From positions 2,232,001-2,296,000 of the forward strand of contig CM068761.1 in NCBI GenBank assembly GCA_035084275.1: DNA of 64,000 nt, in the 5' to 3' direction. Positions 23,285 through 36,640 of the stretch are shown piece after piece. Made by a program: the position numbers and the translations under genes. The stretch comes from Hydrolagus colliei. Taxonomy: Eukaryota. The notes beneath the pieces were generated by a model. The model had not been told where the DNA came from. It did not search any database and saw only the letters and a program-made list of their open reading frames with translations. Every line of letters starts with the position of its first letter. Positions within the stretch are counted from its first letter, which is position 1.

Positions 23285-23428
23285 AAGAAAGAACTTGCAT
23301 TTTTATTGAGCTTCAGAATGTTTCAAATAATGACACTGTCAATGTAACTTTCATCTAAATAGGCAAATTAAGCCTTGATTTAACATTTCATCTGAAAAGT
23401 GGCACCTCTGACATTGCAATACACCCTA
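23285..23428 (-). mobile_element. Deu-domain SINE relic
   Basis: AAGAAAGAACTTGCATTT tail and GATTTAACATTTCATCTGAAAAGTGGCACCTCTGACATTGCA. Confidence 0.6.
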
Positions 23429-24544
23429 ACCTTAATTCAGTAAAATGGTGGAAACAAATTGGTAAAATGGTGGAAACGAAATGTCAGAGCATACCCAGAT
23501 GTACATTACATACGTGGAGCTGATTTCTTTATCTATTCGGAAGTATTTACAGATATTCTGTGGTAGTTCCTGTCCATCCTGATATTTTACATGGTAATTT
23601 TTAAGTGTTGTGTCTTTTGGTTACCTTATTTTTAACATTTTATTGTTTGGGAGTTTTTTTTAAAGAGACCAGATATATGTTCAAGACAGCGTATTTTCTA
23701 GTGTACAAAGTTGATTGAGATGCTTAAAACGTTAAATTAAAAGGGGATAGCCTGTAGCAATAGAAAAACTCATCATAATAAATTTTTTGTAAACTGTGGC
23801 TCCCATTGAATGGGCCTATGTTTCCCCTGAGAGGCTTCAGTGAGGTAGTTTCCATGCATCTGTCAGAGCTATCTTGTTCTCTGTCGTCCTTGCATGTATT
23901 TCACAATTGGCAAACAGTGCAAAGCCGTAAATAATTACTTTTGAATGATGAATTATCTGAGGCTAAACTTCCTTTGTTTATGCTTGTGGCTTTAAATATG
24001 ACTTCAGGATATTACATGAGTGACACGTTACTATTGTTCTTTCCCGTGTGTGAGCAACTGTAGATTACTGCTTGGTTGAGCCTATACAGTATTTATGCAA
24101 AGTACTTGGAATGCGTTACTCCACTTAAGGCTTGCCATTTAATCAGTAGAAAAGAGCCAGTAAACAGCATTATATCCCTGCAGTGGATGAGATGCATCAA
24201 ATCTTAATATTTTTATCATTTACTTTGGGTATTCGAGCTAAGATTGATGTTGAATTGTTTCTGTGATTTCCTTTCATTGCTTTACAAAGATCTAACATAA
24301 ATTATTCCATCGCCTCACTCACCTACTAAATATTTTAGACATTTCTATTTGTACAACAGAAAGAATACAAATTAAAACAAGGTCTATTTATTAGTGTGGT
24401 AGGTTAGCAAAGTATCCTCTGGGATTTAATTTTGAGACTGGTGTGTTACAAGTTTCCCAGCCCAATTCTTAGTCACTAATAGAGGACCAAGTCAGAATTA
24501 ACTATGAACATTTAATTTAGTTTGTTAGGATGCAGCCAGATAGA

Positions 24545-24648
24545 TGCTGATCCACAAAATAGTCACTTAACTTACAGTATGTCTTGTGAAGTGTTTTGCG
24601 GCTTCCTAACGTGAAATGTGCTATATCAAATGTAAGAATTATTATCAT
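24545..24648 (+). mobile_element. Old SINE 3' tail
   Basis: ACAGTATGTCTTGTGAAGTGTTTTG...GTGCTATATCAAATGTAAGAATTATTAT. Confidence 0.7.
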
Positions 24649-25477
24649 GAAAGTGAGTTACTTGTGTTTTGTTCTCACTGGAAATCCTGCACTAGCAGCA
24701 TAGTGTTAAACCTTACTGGTACCCTTAGGTAATCTAACGTTGAGAAATGTGTCAGGAAATCAGACTCTTGTATTTCTTGACATTGGGAAAACTCTTTCTA
24801 GAAGAAATGGCTGGCTATACTCTTCCTGCACCATTGTTTCCCACAGGAGTTAAAATTACAGCAGAAATGCATCAGTGGGCCAATTTTGGCTCTATGGACT
24901 AATTCCCCTTTTCTTATTCTGTAATTTCCATGATTTATGTCACCCAAAACATCCTTAAAATAATAATTTCATTCCAATAGAATTTTTTAATAGGATGGTG
25001 TGAAATATTTCAATAATCATCACTGAATTAGTCAAAGTAACACTGGATTTAAATGTTTAATGGTGCGTTATCATTCATTCTTGCAGGTTTACAAATTCTT
25101 AATCCTACCTCCACCAAGTTTCCTCAGATAAATTCATGGTCTTAAAAAAAAGTAGCTTAAGTAAATATTAAAAATATCATCTACGTTAATTTTATAGTGT
25201 AAGAGTTTGATAAATGCCAATCTACTTATCTGTGACCTACTCCAGAGAGTATGCTGCCTGCTTATAATATATAAAACCTGGGAAACATTTTGAGGTAGAT
25301 TTACACACAGAGCAGTTCAGTTAATAAATTGCTTTGCTGAATAATCTCGTGGGGACCATCAATACCAAGAGCTATGATCTGGGCAGCGCTGAGAAAATTT
25401 GATTATTTGATCAAATTGAAATTGTTCCTGGACAATAAGAGAAACTATTGTAGAGCTGAAAGAAAAGGTACTAGTAC

Positions 25478-25750
25478 TATAATAATAATCATTACATTTG
25501 GTAGAACATATTTTTGTTGGAAAAGAAGTCCCAAAGTATCTCACATGATCTACTGTGAAGTGGAGTGACTGCTCGGCAGTCACTTGCAACAGCAGTGTCC
25601 CATTATTTTCGGTATTGTTGTACAGGACACTAGGAGAAACTCCCTTCTCTTGTTGAGTGGTGCCACAATATTTTAACATACACCTGAACATGCTGACGGA
25701 ACCTTATTTGAATGACAGTACCTCTAACAATGCAATATTTCCTAGTACAA
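25478..25750 (-). mobile_element. Deu-domain SINE relic
   Basis: Tail plus AACTCCCTTCTCTTGTTGAGTGGTGCCACAATATTTTAACATACACCTGAAC...GACAGTACCTCTAACAATGCA. Confidence 0.65.
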
Positions 25751-27959
25751 CACAGATACTTGGCAGTTTGGCACAACACGGTCCAAGTTTCTGTGATAAA
25801 TTGATTCTATCTTAGGTTTTATTGAGAAGTAGCAGAGCATTTTCAGGATCAAACCATTTTGTATAAATGTTTTTATTCAGTTTATGTTGTTTCTTTTGCG
25901 ATCAAGTTGCTGCGTGAATCATTACATTTGCTGTTGTACAAATGAAAGTGGTTGAAAGCTGGTTGCTTTTATCTGAGGTTTATACAAATACTGATCCAAG
26001 GCTCATATTTCTTGTCAAACGTTTTTTGTCCAAACTTGTCAGGATTCAGTTGCTCCTGAAATCACCAGCCGTAGAAGTTTTCTCTCTAATTGTTTCTAAG
26101 AACATGCTTTTACCTCTGATTTCTAATCAATTTGTATCCTCTGTACAGCCGCTGGGTTCCATTTCTTCTGTTTCCACTGTTTTATACTTACGTTATTTCC
26201 CTTTGACTGTTTGAAGCTTGATATTTTAAAATCAAATCTGCCTCTATCCGATGAACTGAGTTTAATATCTTTAAATTTGATTCCCTATTGGCTATTGGTT
26301 TTTTGAAGCCTCAGTAAATTGATGTTTGACCTGGAAGTATCATTGAAGTGACCTGGTCAATCCAATGACAATATTTTAAAGTGACATTGGGTGCTTCAAA
26401 CGCCCACAGTTTCTCTTGTTGGTAGTTCAAGGGGGAATGCTGTCAAAGCAAGTTATCTCATTCTCAAAACCCTAAGGATTAAGTTATTTACTCTATCAGG
26501 TACTTTGAAATAATGATTAATTCATTAGATCTTTTGTACTTCAAGTGTGTTTCATGTTGTGTTGCAAAAGAATTAAGTTTGGCACATGTAGTCAGAGGTT
26601 AAAGGTAATAGTGCATTCTTCCACCTCAAATCATTCTAGCTGCTTTTGAGGAATTAGCTTGAGTCGGGAATAATTTATGATTATAATTTATAATTGATCA
26701 TTTGAGCAGCTGAAAAGTAATTGATAATGTTTGTTTCATATTTTATCAAAATCATGGTAAAAACTGCTGACAACCAACACACATCATTATTACCATTCCG
26801 TAACCTGCCCAACATGTTCAGTAGTTTAGGAAAAGATGTGTTCCTATTTTCCCATTTTTCTTTCTTCTCCCAAACCTCTTTCCATATTTGAGAAAAGAAA
26901 TTTGAAGCTTAGTCAGGACTAGGAGTCAAAGACTATTCTCGTGGTTGGGAAGCCTGATGCCAGTAGAGGGTTAGAGGTGTCTGACTGTTTTGCCATTTGT
27001 GTGTTCAGACAAAGGTTTTCACATAGGCCAAAGCTCATAAATGGTTGGGACTTTGAGTTGTATTGATTTGCTGTAGGCTGCAAAGAAGCTGTTTGTTAAT
27101 GGAGTGCAGCAGTGCCATTACTTTCCTCCTGTGCCTATAGAGCAGAAGTCCCTGGAGACGCATTCTTTCCTCTTAAACACCAAACATGTCAAGACATTGT
27201 GATGAATAATATTCTGTTGGCTTTTCGTGACTAAATAGAACTGGCCTTTTTGGAGGCATGCTTGGCTGTAGTAACTCTCAACAAACCTTTGACTTTGCCT
27301 TTCCTTTTTTGCCCCCCAGAGAGTGAATAATTTATCTTAGCCCCTTTTATGTTTCTTCCAAAATGTATTGCTCCCTCACTGGAAGGTAACCATAAGGGCA
27401 ACAGTAACGGGGATTTATACATCAGATTGTCAATCTGCTTTCAGTAACATTTGGCAGAAATGCACTGTCGACAAGTTGGTGTTCCGTTTTGTTTGGCTTA
27501 CACATGCCGATGAGGTAGTATGAGCTTACACAGCCATTCTGTCCATCTGTGGTTTGATGTGAAAAATCTCAGCAACATTTGAAAAAATGTACTTGCAATT
27601 TGAATTGAACAAAACTTGGTGAACTTGAATGAATCAAATTATGTATATGTCACGGAGGTAATAATAGCAAGTATATGTATAGTTTGTAATAATATAATTT
27701 TTCATTTGATATAGTGCCTTATCACATAATCAAGACGTCCCAAAGATTTTACTGTATAATAACTGTGTATTAATATGCTAATGGAGCAGCCAGACAGCAA
27801 TGTGCCGCAAATAGCTAGTAAATGAATCTGCAATTGTATCTAAGCATTGATGGCCAGGGTAGTTTTGGTACTCTGTTTGAGCAAATCTGAATTTGTGGGT
27901 GCAGAATGTCACTTCATCTGTTATTTAATAATAATAAATTCTCTAACTGTTCTCCCCTC

Positions 27960-28160
27960 ATTGTGAAGGGTGTTTCTCCCAGTATATTGGCCGACAACAG
28001 CCCCCCACCCCCACCAGCCCGACAAAATGCTCACTTCCTGAATGTTTAGTTCCATTTGACACTATGGGGCAACTTGCCATGTTTGTGTATAATAGTCACT
28101 ACATGTTACAGTAAAATCTGAGAAGCAATTTGAGATGTCCATTTGACGTGAAAGGCACTA
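27960..28160 (+). mobile_element. Old Deu-type SINE 3' half
   Basis: TTTCTCCCAGTATATTGGCCGACA...AGTCACTACATGTTACAG...TTTGAGATGTCC...CGTGAAAGGCACTA. Confidence 0.5.
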
Positions 28161-28336
28161 CAGTAAAACCTTGATAATCCGACATGCTTAAATTTAGCAG
28201 TTGCCTAATTGAGCTACATCACTGTTTTGCAATTATCTACAGTATATTTGATGTAAATCTGGTTTGTTCATGCAGGTGTTGTATACAACAATCCAATATG
28301 CAATAACAGAAGTACTTGCTTGAAGTCAGATACATA

Positions 28337-28515
28337 TGGAGTGAGTTACACAAAGAGGATGCTGTGTGAGGAAGCGTCAGTTGCACAGAAGAGGTTATGT
28401 GGAGAACAGTAAGTTACATCAAAGGAAGCTGTGTGAGGAAGAGTGAGTTACACATAAGGAATTGTCTGAACTAAAGAATGGGTTATTATAGTCAAAAGAA
28501 CTGTATGTGATAACC
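28337..28515. repeat. Degenerate ~34-bp minisatellite, 4-5 units
   Basis: Units such as GAGTGAGTTACACAAAGAGGATGCTGTGTGAGGAA and CAGTAAGTTACATCAAAGGAAGCTGTGTGAGGAA. Confidence 0.75.
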
Positions 28516-28848
28516 AGTTAGCAATATGGACAGGCAGTCAATGTGTTACCAACATACAAAGAGCAATGCATATTTTATGTAATCTAGTTTCAGTGATACT
28601 TTTCTTTTGCTACAGTTATTGCCTTAGAATTGATTACCATAAAATTAAAATTCCAAAGTTCAGCAAATTGTGTTGACTTGAAGTTAATAGTATTTTTGCA
28701 ATGATCCACAACAAAATAGTGATTTACGTTTTATTTTTAGGATTAATATTTCATGAGGAATGATTTTTAATTTTTTTAAAGTCTTGATGATCAAACAACT
28801 GACTTTCTATTTTTGGGAAACTTCTATAAAATTCCTTTTACTGTAGTA

Positions 28849-29641
28849 CAGGGTGACCAATAGACGTGAAGTTAAAACCATTACAATGTCTAATAAATCT
28901 TAAAGAAATTATGATATGTTTGTTTTTTTTAGATAATAGGGTAGCAGAAAAATAAGAAAATTGATCTAGTCATGGAGAAATGGAATAATGAACATCACGT
29001 TGCAATTATGGAACTGTACTTCTTGAATGGACACAGTGACAGTTATGAGGAAAAATTGGACTACCTGATAGTCCACCAAAGATGGCCATAATGTGCTATT
29101 TTTCTGTATTATGTGGTACAAGAAATGTTAAAGATGCATAAAGACATAGGCGGTCTTGAACAGTGTGAACCTTCTTCCAACAAGATGGGGCAACTTGTAA
29201 GACTGCAAAGGAAACAATGTAAATTTTGCGTGAAACTTTCCCAAATTACGTCATATCCAGGTTTGGTGACATCCCATGACCCTCTAGATCTTACTGCCCG
29301 CGAATACATTTTGTGAGGTTATTTAAAGTCACTAGTTTCTCAAAATTGGCTACAATCTATAATAATAATGTGTTGAAGGGCAATATCAGAGAGGCTGTGC
29401 AGTTCATTCCAGGCAAAACATTTAGAAAAGTAACAAAAATGTCATTATTTGTTGTCGTGAATGTGTAGATGTACAGAGAAGTCACCTTTTGAGTTATTAT
29501 TTTTAAATACTAGTTTATTTTATTTAATAAGAACGTAACAGCAAAGACTACTGTTGTTTTTTCATGCAATGAACTCTGTTTTTGAAGAAATAAAGTAATT
29601 ATTATTAAAATAAATGGTATCATGACTTTTTGGTCACACTA
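28849..29641 (+). mobile_element. Tc1/mariner-superfamily transposon, internally deleted, with decayed transposase C-terminus
   Basis: TA|CAGGGTGACCAA at left, TTTTTGGTCACACTA at right. Around 29280-29340 reads PLDLTAREYIL*GYLKSLV, like the SPDLTPxDFFLWGYLKxxV motif. Confidence 0.75.
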
Positions 29642-30343
29642 TTATTTATTGTTGGACTGATGTCTGCTTATGGGGTGGGGAAAAAGCATTTTTGTGGATG
29701 ACTTTCTAAGATCAGAAAGTGGTTATCATATCCAGTTGGTTAAAATTAATTACCGCAGTTTGATATGGAGGTTGTGATTGTGAGAAAAAATTTGGACTAT
29801 TAATCGACTGCCTTGCTTCTGTGAGAACCTGCTGTAAGACTGTTGATTATTGTCCAATTTGACTCACATGTTTGGTTTTGGAGACTTGTAAGCTAAATAA
29901 ACCTTTTGAAAAAATGTTTAGCAACTATCAGTATGAAGAGCTGTGAGTTAGGTTTTTGCTGTGGGTACCCCGTGTGAAGTAACAGTGTGCGAAGGATTTC
30001 ATAAAATTCTTGATTCTGGTTATTTGATGCTGCTTTGAATCCCTATTCTGACCTCCATCACATTTTAGTTTCTTACCCATTCACTCATCTCAAGAATGTT
30101 CTCTTAGGTTTGGGAAAATTGAAGGAACTGCCTTGAGAGGCTGTCCAGCTTGCTGTGCCAGTTGTTTGTCCCAGCAGACTGAGTTAAGGCCTGCATATTC
30201 ACTTTGACAAATAATGTCCTGATCTGGAGCCCAGTGTAAAACAAAGAGTTACACATTGGTCGGAGTGCAAAATGCTTTAACACACTTGCTTGAGATGCAT
30301 TGATCATGCCATAAACACTTGGAGTGAACAATCATCTGAACTG

Positions 30344-30505
30344 TAATAATAATAATCTTTGCATTTGATATAGCACATTTCACATCTTCAAGACATCTCA
30401 AAGCACTTCACAAGGATATACAGTACTGCATATATGGGCGAAATGTGGCAGCCAATCACACAACCAGTTATGGATTGAAATGAGCATTTATTTTTTTGAG
30501 GGATT
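30344..30505 (-). mobile_element. tRNA-derived SINE, 5'-truncated
   Basis: Tail and body match to ...GGATTGAAATGAGC...GAGGGATTA. Confidence 0.85.
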
Positions 30506-30994
30506 AAGAATGTGTAACAACTACAAATAAACTCCAAAGCATTATTTTAGCACAGGATACATTTCTTTTTGAAAGTGAGCCTCTTTCAGATCTTCCTAGT
30601 AACAGCTTTGGACACAATCCCAGTTTAAAATACCATTTGTATGCATGCAAAGTCTGGTTTTGTTGATCCCCGAGGAGCTTTCCCATTTGGAGTTTTTCAG
30701 AAGGGTTTTGGTTACTGCTGACTGCCACTATTTTTCCCTACTAAAGCCTTATGGAAAGTTCAGCATCATGTGAGATGCTGAGGGGATGTTTTGGATTATA
30801 TTGCAGTCACTTGAAAAAAAAGGTTTTATGGGAACTTATATACGGTGTGATGCTAAGTGTAGTACACCTGCGTGTATTTTAATACAATATATGTCTATTT
30901 CCCTTATTATTATACCATAATAATCCTTATACTGTAATTAGTTTAGCAAATTTTATATCAGGAGGATGCTTAAAAGTGATTTACTGTATTCGTG

Positions 30995-31200
30995 TATGAA
31001 AACAGCAGCCCATTTGACAACAACAATGTCCACAGAGATACATGAAAGGAATGATCATTTTTTATTTTGGGGAAATGTTGGTTTGGATATCAGTGGAAGC
31101 TAGTTCTCTTTTTGAGTAGTGTCATGGGATCCTTAATGTCCACCTTATGTTCCAACTGCTTGCAATAAAGACCAGCATCTCAAATCAATAGCACAACACC
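30995..31200 (-). mobile_element. Deu-domain SINE relic
   Basis: TTCTCTTTTTGAGTAGTGTCATGGGATCCTTAATGTCCACC matches the antisense Deu core. Confidence 0.65.
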
Positions 31201-31761
31201 CTGTTTTTATTGTAGGGTTCTCCAGTGTGTCACAAGATCTCGTTCCTGGGTGATGTTCATTCTGCACCTGGTGCAGTAGATCATTTTGTAGACACTTTGT
31301 ATTTAATTTGGTATGGTTTGATGATTTAAACCTATCAGAATTTTTCTCTGCAGTTAATTACATGGTGGTTTAGGGACTACATTCCAAATAGATGGATAGG
31401 AGGGGGTTGTAGGCAGACAGGCAGAACCATGACACAGTATGACCATCAGCTATCTGGACAGCTGTAATATGTTGCAGAAGAGTCTAAAAGAGAATGCCTT
31501 CTGGGTCAGTATGGTCACGGTCAAAAAACCAACACTTTGGCTTGCTGTCTTTGCTTCCTCTATTTTTCTGTTACTGTTGTAAAGTGCAGGTTTATTCTCT
31601 ATTATATAATCTCAGAGAAAGATTTTTCAAAAATTTGTTTCTAAAATTGAAAATTGTGAGATAGAATTGTGAGAAAGTTTACAGATCCAATTCTCAGAGC
31701 TGTATCTAAATCAGTGTGAAGATGTGAGACATTCTTTAATGTTTTGCGAAGCAATAACAGT

Positions 31762-32081
31762 GGAGCTCCTGTAGCTCAGTGGTTAGAGCACTTGCCTTAC
31801 AAACGTGAGACCTGTGTTCGAATGCAGGCAGATCAACTCGAAAACGAGTTTTCTTACTCCATACGCCTAATAATCATCCATCCAAAAAACCAACCACAAT
31901 AATAAATATTGGTAATTTCAATCCACGACTATTTGTGGGACACTGCTGTGCGCAATTGGCTGCAGCGTTTCGCCACCAAATATACAGTCAGTTCACTTTA
32001 GGGTATATTTTGTGAAGCGCTTTGAGACGTCGATAAGATATGAAAAGCGCTAGATCAAATGCAAGGATTATGTTTATTATT
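31762..32081 (+). mobile_element. tRNA-derived SINE, full length
   Basis: GGAGCTCCTGTAGCTCAGTGGTTAGAGC...GTTCGAATGC...tail. Confidence 0.93.
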
Positions 32082-33809
32082 CAAGTAGCATTCAAATTGC
32101 CTATTTTGATGATATTTGTAACCTGTAGTATCCAACTATAGAAACCAGATGCCAGTCTGGAAATAGGATTCACTATCTTTGCCAATTTAGGTCTGAGACA
32201 TCCATGGATATTTAACTGCTTGAACCTCTCATGTATACAATCTAACTTAGTTACCTTTTTATTTTTAAGCTTCTTCGTAACAGACTAGACAGGAAGTATA
32301 GTATCAGTCGAGACTACTTAATCATAAGTCGCGTCTGATTTATTTTGGGGGGTGAATTTGCTTGTTGAAGTACGAGAAATGTTACTGCCAGGGATTAAAT
32401 ACTTTCTAATTTAATTAATCCATTGTCAGCATCCAGTGTTTCTAGATCAGGTATCATCGATTCACTTTGTTGTTACCTCCTGATTAAGAGTATCCTGATG
32501 CATACCTCCCTAGTTCCACTAGTGTCATGCAAACAATTTAGCATTCAAAGTCTTTGTTCACCGAGTAGAAATTGCCTGTTTTGATGAGATTTCTACCTAC
32601 AACAATTGACTGCAGAAAGCAGATTCCTGTCTGGAAACAGGAGCACTCACTATCCATTGACTCTTTGCCAATTTCAGATCTGATTAATAAATGGATGCTT
32701 AACCACTTGAACCGTCTTTGCAATAAGTGGTTCAAACAGTCAAATATCCATGGAGGAACTGGCTGATCCCAAACTCTGCCACCCTTTTTGTCTTGTCACC
32801 CACAGCAAACTCCACTGACCAATTATTGCAGCCCTCACCAGGTGGTTCCACTGGCATCTTACCCAGATGAATGGCGCTACAGGCACATTGCTGTATTTTT
32901 GTCTATCTAAAGTGAATAGGAAATGGGAATCTGCAGGTTTTATTGAAGGTTGTTCCCTGTGAACAGGGGCTTGAATTGGGTTAGTTTCCCTGCCCTTTTA
33001 ATCCAGATGTTATAGAAATAAAGCTGCTTAATTGGGTAGGATTGTACTATAGACATATATCCTCCAGACACCACTGTGAGTCTGTCAGAACGTGTCAAAA
33101 TCTGACCCTTAACTCTCTTGATAGAAATAATCTTTTCAGCCATTGTCCCTCAGGGCTTCCAAGGTTGGTATCTCTGGAGGTCAATAGTTATGCCTGATCT
33201 TGCTGGTTCCTCCCCCTAGAGAGACAACTAACGTCAAGAAAATATCTATTAAGTTAATATTCATTCTACCCCCCTCTCCCTCCCCCCCCCCCCCCCCCAC
33301 CTCCCTCCAAACATGGGGGTCAGTGGCACGGAATATTGCCTTTATTTTCAGCTATTTATACCATGTCATAAGATATCAGTGTTACCCACATTATACAGCA
33401 CCTGTAATTGACTAACAATACGTTATCCCCAATAATCGTAGCTTGTTAAAATTAATGATTGTGTAGTGACCTGTAGCACATACTTTTAGAATAGTCGCAA
33501 ATCAAAATCCCTTTAATATTGCTTGACTTCCTGATTTTATGACCGCAAAATGTCAAGGCTTTTTACAAATGATGGGAAAAAGTACAGATCTTTATTCAGC
33601 AATAGCACTCTTCAATAAAGCACGGCTCACTTATGATGAGGTCTGGACCTGCGCGAAGTGGAAGCGTCTGGCTTCTTGTACCGACCGCCTTTCCCTACAT
33701 TTAAATAGATAACTTCCGGTTCATCAGGTTGCCACTGTAATTTCCTCGAGATTTGTGCACTGAGGTAATGTCGCTTTCTGGCTTACTTTCTGTCACTTTG
33801 TGGGGGTAG

Positions 33810-34100
33810 GAAGGACAGTTTGAGGGTCAAGGGAGACACCCAAGGTTCTGGAATGAATTCAGTGAGGTGGAGTGTGCATCATGGATGGTGATGCTACCAG
33901 TGCCTGAGGTGTGGAGGTGCCGACTGGAGCCTATCAAGAGGAACTCAGGCTTGTTGGTGTGCAACCGGAGAAAGTTAGCTCTCATCCAGGATTTGATGTC
34001 TGATAATCCTTCTGTCAGGACTGTAGTCAGGCGGCAGAGAGATAGAGTTGGGTGTCATCCGCATACATGTGGAAGCTGACTCCCATGTCTGCAGATGATA
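33810..34100 (-). mobile_element. L2 reverse-transcriptase fragment
   Basis: The minus strand encodes GVSFHMYADDTQLYLS (YADD catalytic motif), then IKSWMRANFLRL...PEFLLIG. Confidence 0.88.
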
Positions 34101-34671
34101 TCACCACCACAACAATATTACATTTGTACTGCGCCTTTCCCATCATGAGGACATCCCGAGGCATTAGAGGGTGTACACGATCAAGAGGAGAGGACTGAGT
34201 TTTGTGGGATGTTTGTTTTGTTGTTTTTTCCAATTATTTTGTAAAACATTTGTAGTAAATCTCATCCAAACATAACATGTCTTGGCAAACTACAGCAGCT
34301 TTGTGTTTATCCAGATTCAGCTGTGTGGAGAATGTTGGTTCTTTACACAACGCTGGGAGGAGGATTGACCTAATTTCTGTTGATTTTTGCCTGATTCGTC
34401 ACTCACAGCAACATTTTAAAGTTATGTCACTCACAATATATTAGAAAGTTTTAGAGATGGATATGTGGTAGGGATTATTTTCTACCATTTAGTTAATAGT
34501 AAGGAGAATTCTGCCTGATATCCTTTTCTTTTAACGTGATTCGTCAAGAATCCCCAAAGTTCATTTGACTTGTCAGTGGTAACAAAATAGGCATTTTTAC
34601 AAGAAAGGACTGCTTAGGGTTCTCTCATGTGTGCAACTTCTTGGCTGAAAACCAATATTATTTGTTCTACT

Positions 34672-35001
34672 ATAATAATTATTATAATCCTTGAATTTGA
34701 GATAGCACTTTTCACGTATTCTAGACACCTCAAAGCACTTCACAAAATATACTGTACAGTCAATTGACTGAATACTTGTGGGCCAAACGCGGCAGCCAAC
34801 TGCACACAGTAGCGTCCCCCACAAACAGTCGTGGATTGAAATGACCAATTTTATTATTGTGGTTTTTTTGGGAGGGATTATTATCAGGCGTGTGTGTGGA
34901 GTAAGGAAACTTGCCCAAGATTTTGCCCTGACCTGCCTAGATTCGAACACAGGTCTCACGCTTGTAAGACGAGTGCTCTAACCACTGAGGTACAGGACTC
35001 C
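34672..35001 (-). mobile_element. tRNA-derived SINE, full length
   Basis: Tail-to-head match ending ...CTCTAACCACTGAGGTACAGGACTCC. Confidence 0.93.
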
Positions 35002-35699
35002 CACTCCAGAGGAAAGGGAATAATGGTTGGATGTGCTTCCAGGGAGGACATGTCTGTTGCTCTGGCTATTTGTTTTCTGCCCTGGCTACAATGCCAACAA
35101 CAAATACAGCAACAAATTATATTTGTACAGCGCCTTCATGTTGGAAGGATGTCCCAAGGCACTGAACAATCAGTGATTTGGCCAGAGACAAACTGGCAGA
35201 AATATGATTTGTAAAGCTAGGCGAAGAGACTTTCCTTTTGACTGAAGCTTTCGATCATTGAATTCTAATCAAATTACTTTCTGAATGGGATGCGTTAAAG
35301 CAACCTTTTCTTGTTTTTCAAGTCGATTTTGTTTTCACTCGGTGCCAAACTCACAACTTCAGAAGAAATTAGAAAAAGATTTTTAGTTTTGGAGTGTCTG
35401 GAAAGGCTTGTGCTTTTGGCGAGACGCAAGGATTATACATGGTACTGCAGTTTATAAGATACTCAATGTGAAGTGTTTTCAGGCAATATACACAATTCCT
35501 CGGCCTGCCATCCGACACAAATGCAACCCAACTAAAGAGTTGAAAGGAAAACAATTCAGATACTTTGAAATTCAATCTGATTCTGAGTTGTAACTGCATT
35601 GGGCCAGGTAAGAAGCATTCCCACTCTTTTCTAAAGAAATGTATAATCCTATATATATAATCCTACATATATCTATATATATATATATATATATATATA

Positions 35700-35813
35700 T
35701 TTGCCCACAATATATTCATTCACTACACATGCTACAATACAGCATATTTTGGGAAGTGCTTTGAGATGTCTAGAAGACATTATAACGTGCTATATCAAGT
35801 GTAGGGATTATTA
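35700..35813 (+). mobile_element. SINE 3' fragment preceded by (TA)n
   Basis: TTTGCCCACAA...GTGCTTTGAGATGTCTAGAAG...GGGATTATTA. Confidence 0.75.
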
Positions 35814-36422
35814 AATAGTTCATTCAGATGGCAGTGTTTTCATTTTTGTGTTTTGCCAGAAGAAACAGCACTTGTCGTCTAATTGTCATGATTCTTGCCT
35901 TAAAAATGTCATGCAATGTCACTTGCAAAAAAACGCAATCACTATAATTGTGACACAGAAAATTCTTGTCAAGTGCTCTGAGACATTTTAATGTTAAAAT
36001 GTGCAATATCAGAGGCATGGATTATTATTTTGATTGCTGCTGGCTAGCTGGACAAGTTCCTAATTGAATCTATTAAGGTGCAACCTTTTTCTAATTGACT
36101 TTTTGAAATAAGATTACATAAATTAAATGATTAAATGAAACACGCAAATTGCTGCTACAATTATTGTGCAGTTCATGTCACCGTGTCCACTTTAATCACA
36201 AGTAAACGCTGGCTATTCAGTGATCTCTCCTTGAATGAGTTGAGTTGGAATAAATCATAAGAATATTAATACTTGCATTTCATTATATTGATAATTGGAT
36301 CCTTTTGACATTTTGTTTTTCTGCCCACTCTGTATTGTAAAGGAGGAGATGATTCATATTGTGTGTTTGAATGTCAACTTACCACTCTTAAATAATAAAA
36401 TAATAATCCCTACATTTATTAT

Positions 36423-36640
36423 TAATAATAATAATAATACTTGCATTTGATATAGCGCTTTCCACATCTTCTAGACGTCTCAAAGCGCTTCACAGAATAT
36501 GCTGTAAAGTGAATTGGCTGTATATTTGTGGGTGAAATGCGGCAGTCAATTGCGCACAGCAATGTCCCACAAACAGTCTGTGGATTGAAATGACCAATTA
36601 TTGTTTTTTTCTGATGGATTATTAGGGATTGTTATCAGCC
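36423..36640 (-). mobile_element. tRNA-derived SINE, 5'-truncated, inserted into an older SINE tail (36392-36420 and 36645-36715)
   Basis: Young tail and body. The flanks show AATAATCCCTACATTT and GTGCTTCACA...CTGTAAAGTATAGTGACTG of an older copy. Confidence 0.88.

Noticed and set aside
28337-28515. CRISPR-like array
   Set aside because: Degenerate tandem units with no unique spacers, in a eukaryotic context.
31762-31835. SINE heads as functional tRNA genes
   Set aside because: No proper acceptor stem or poly-T terminator, and each continues into SINE body sequence.
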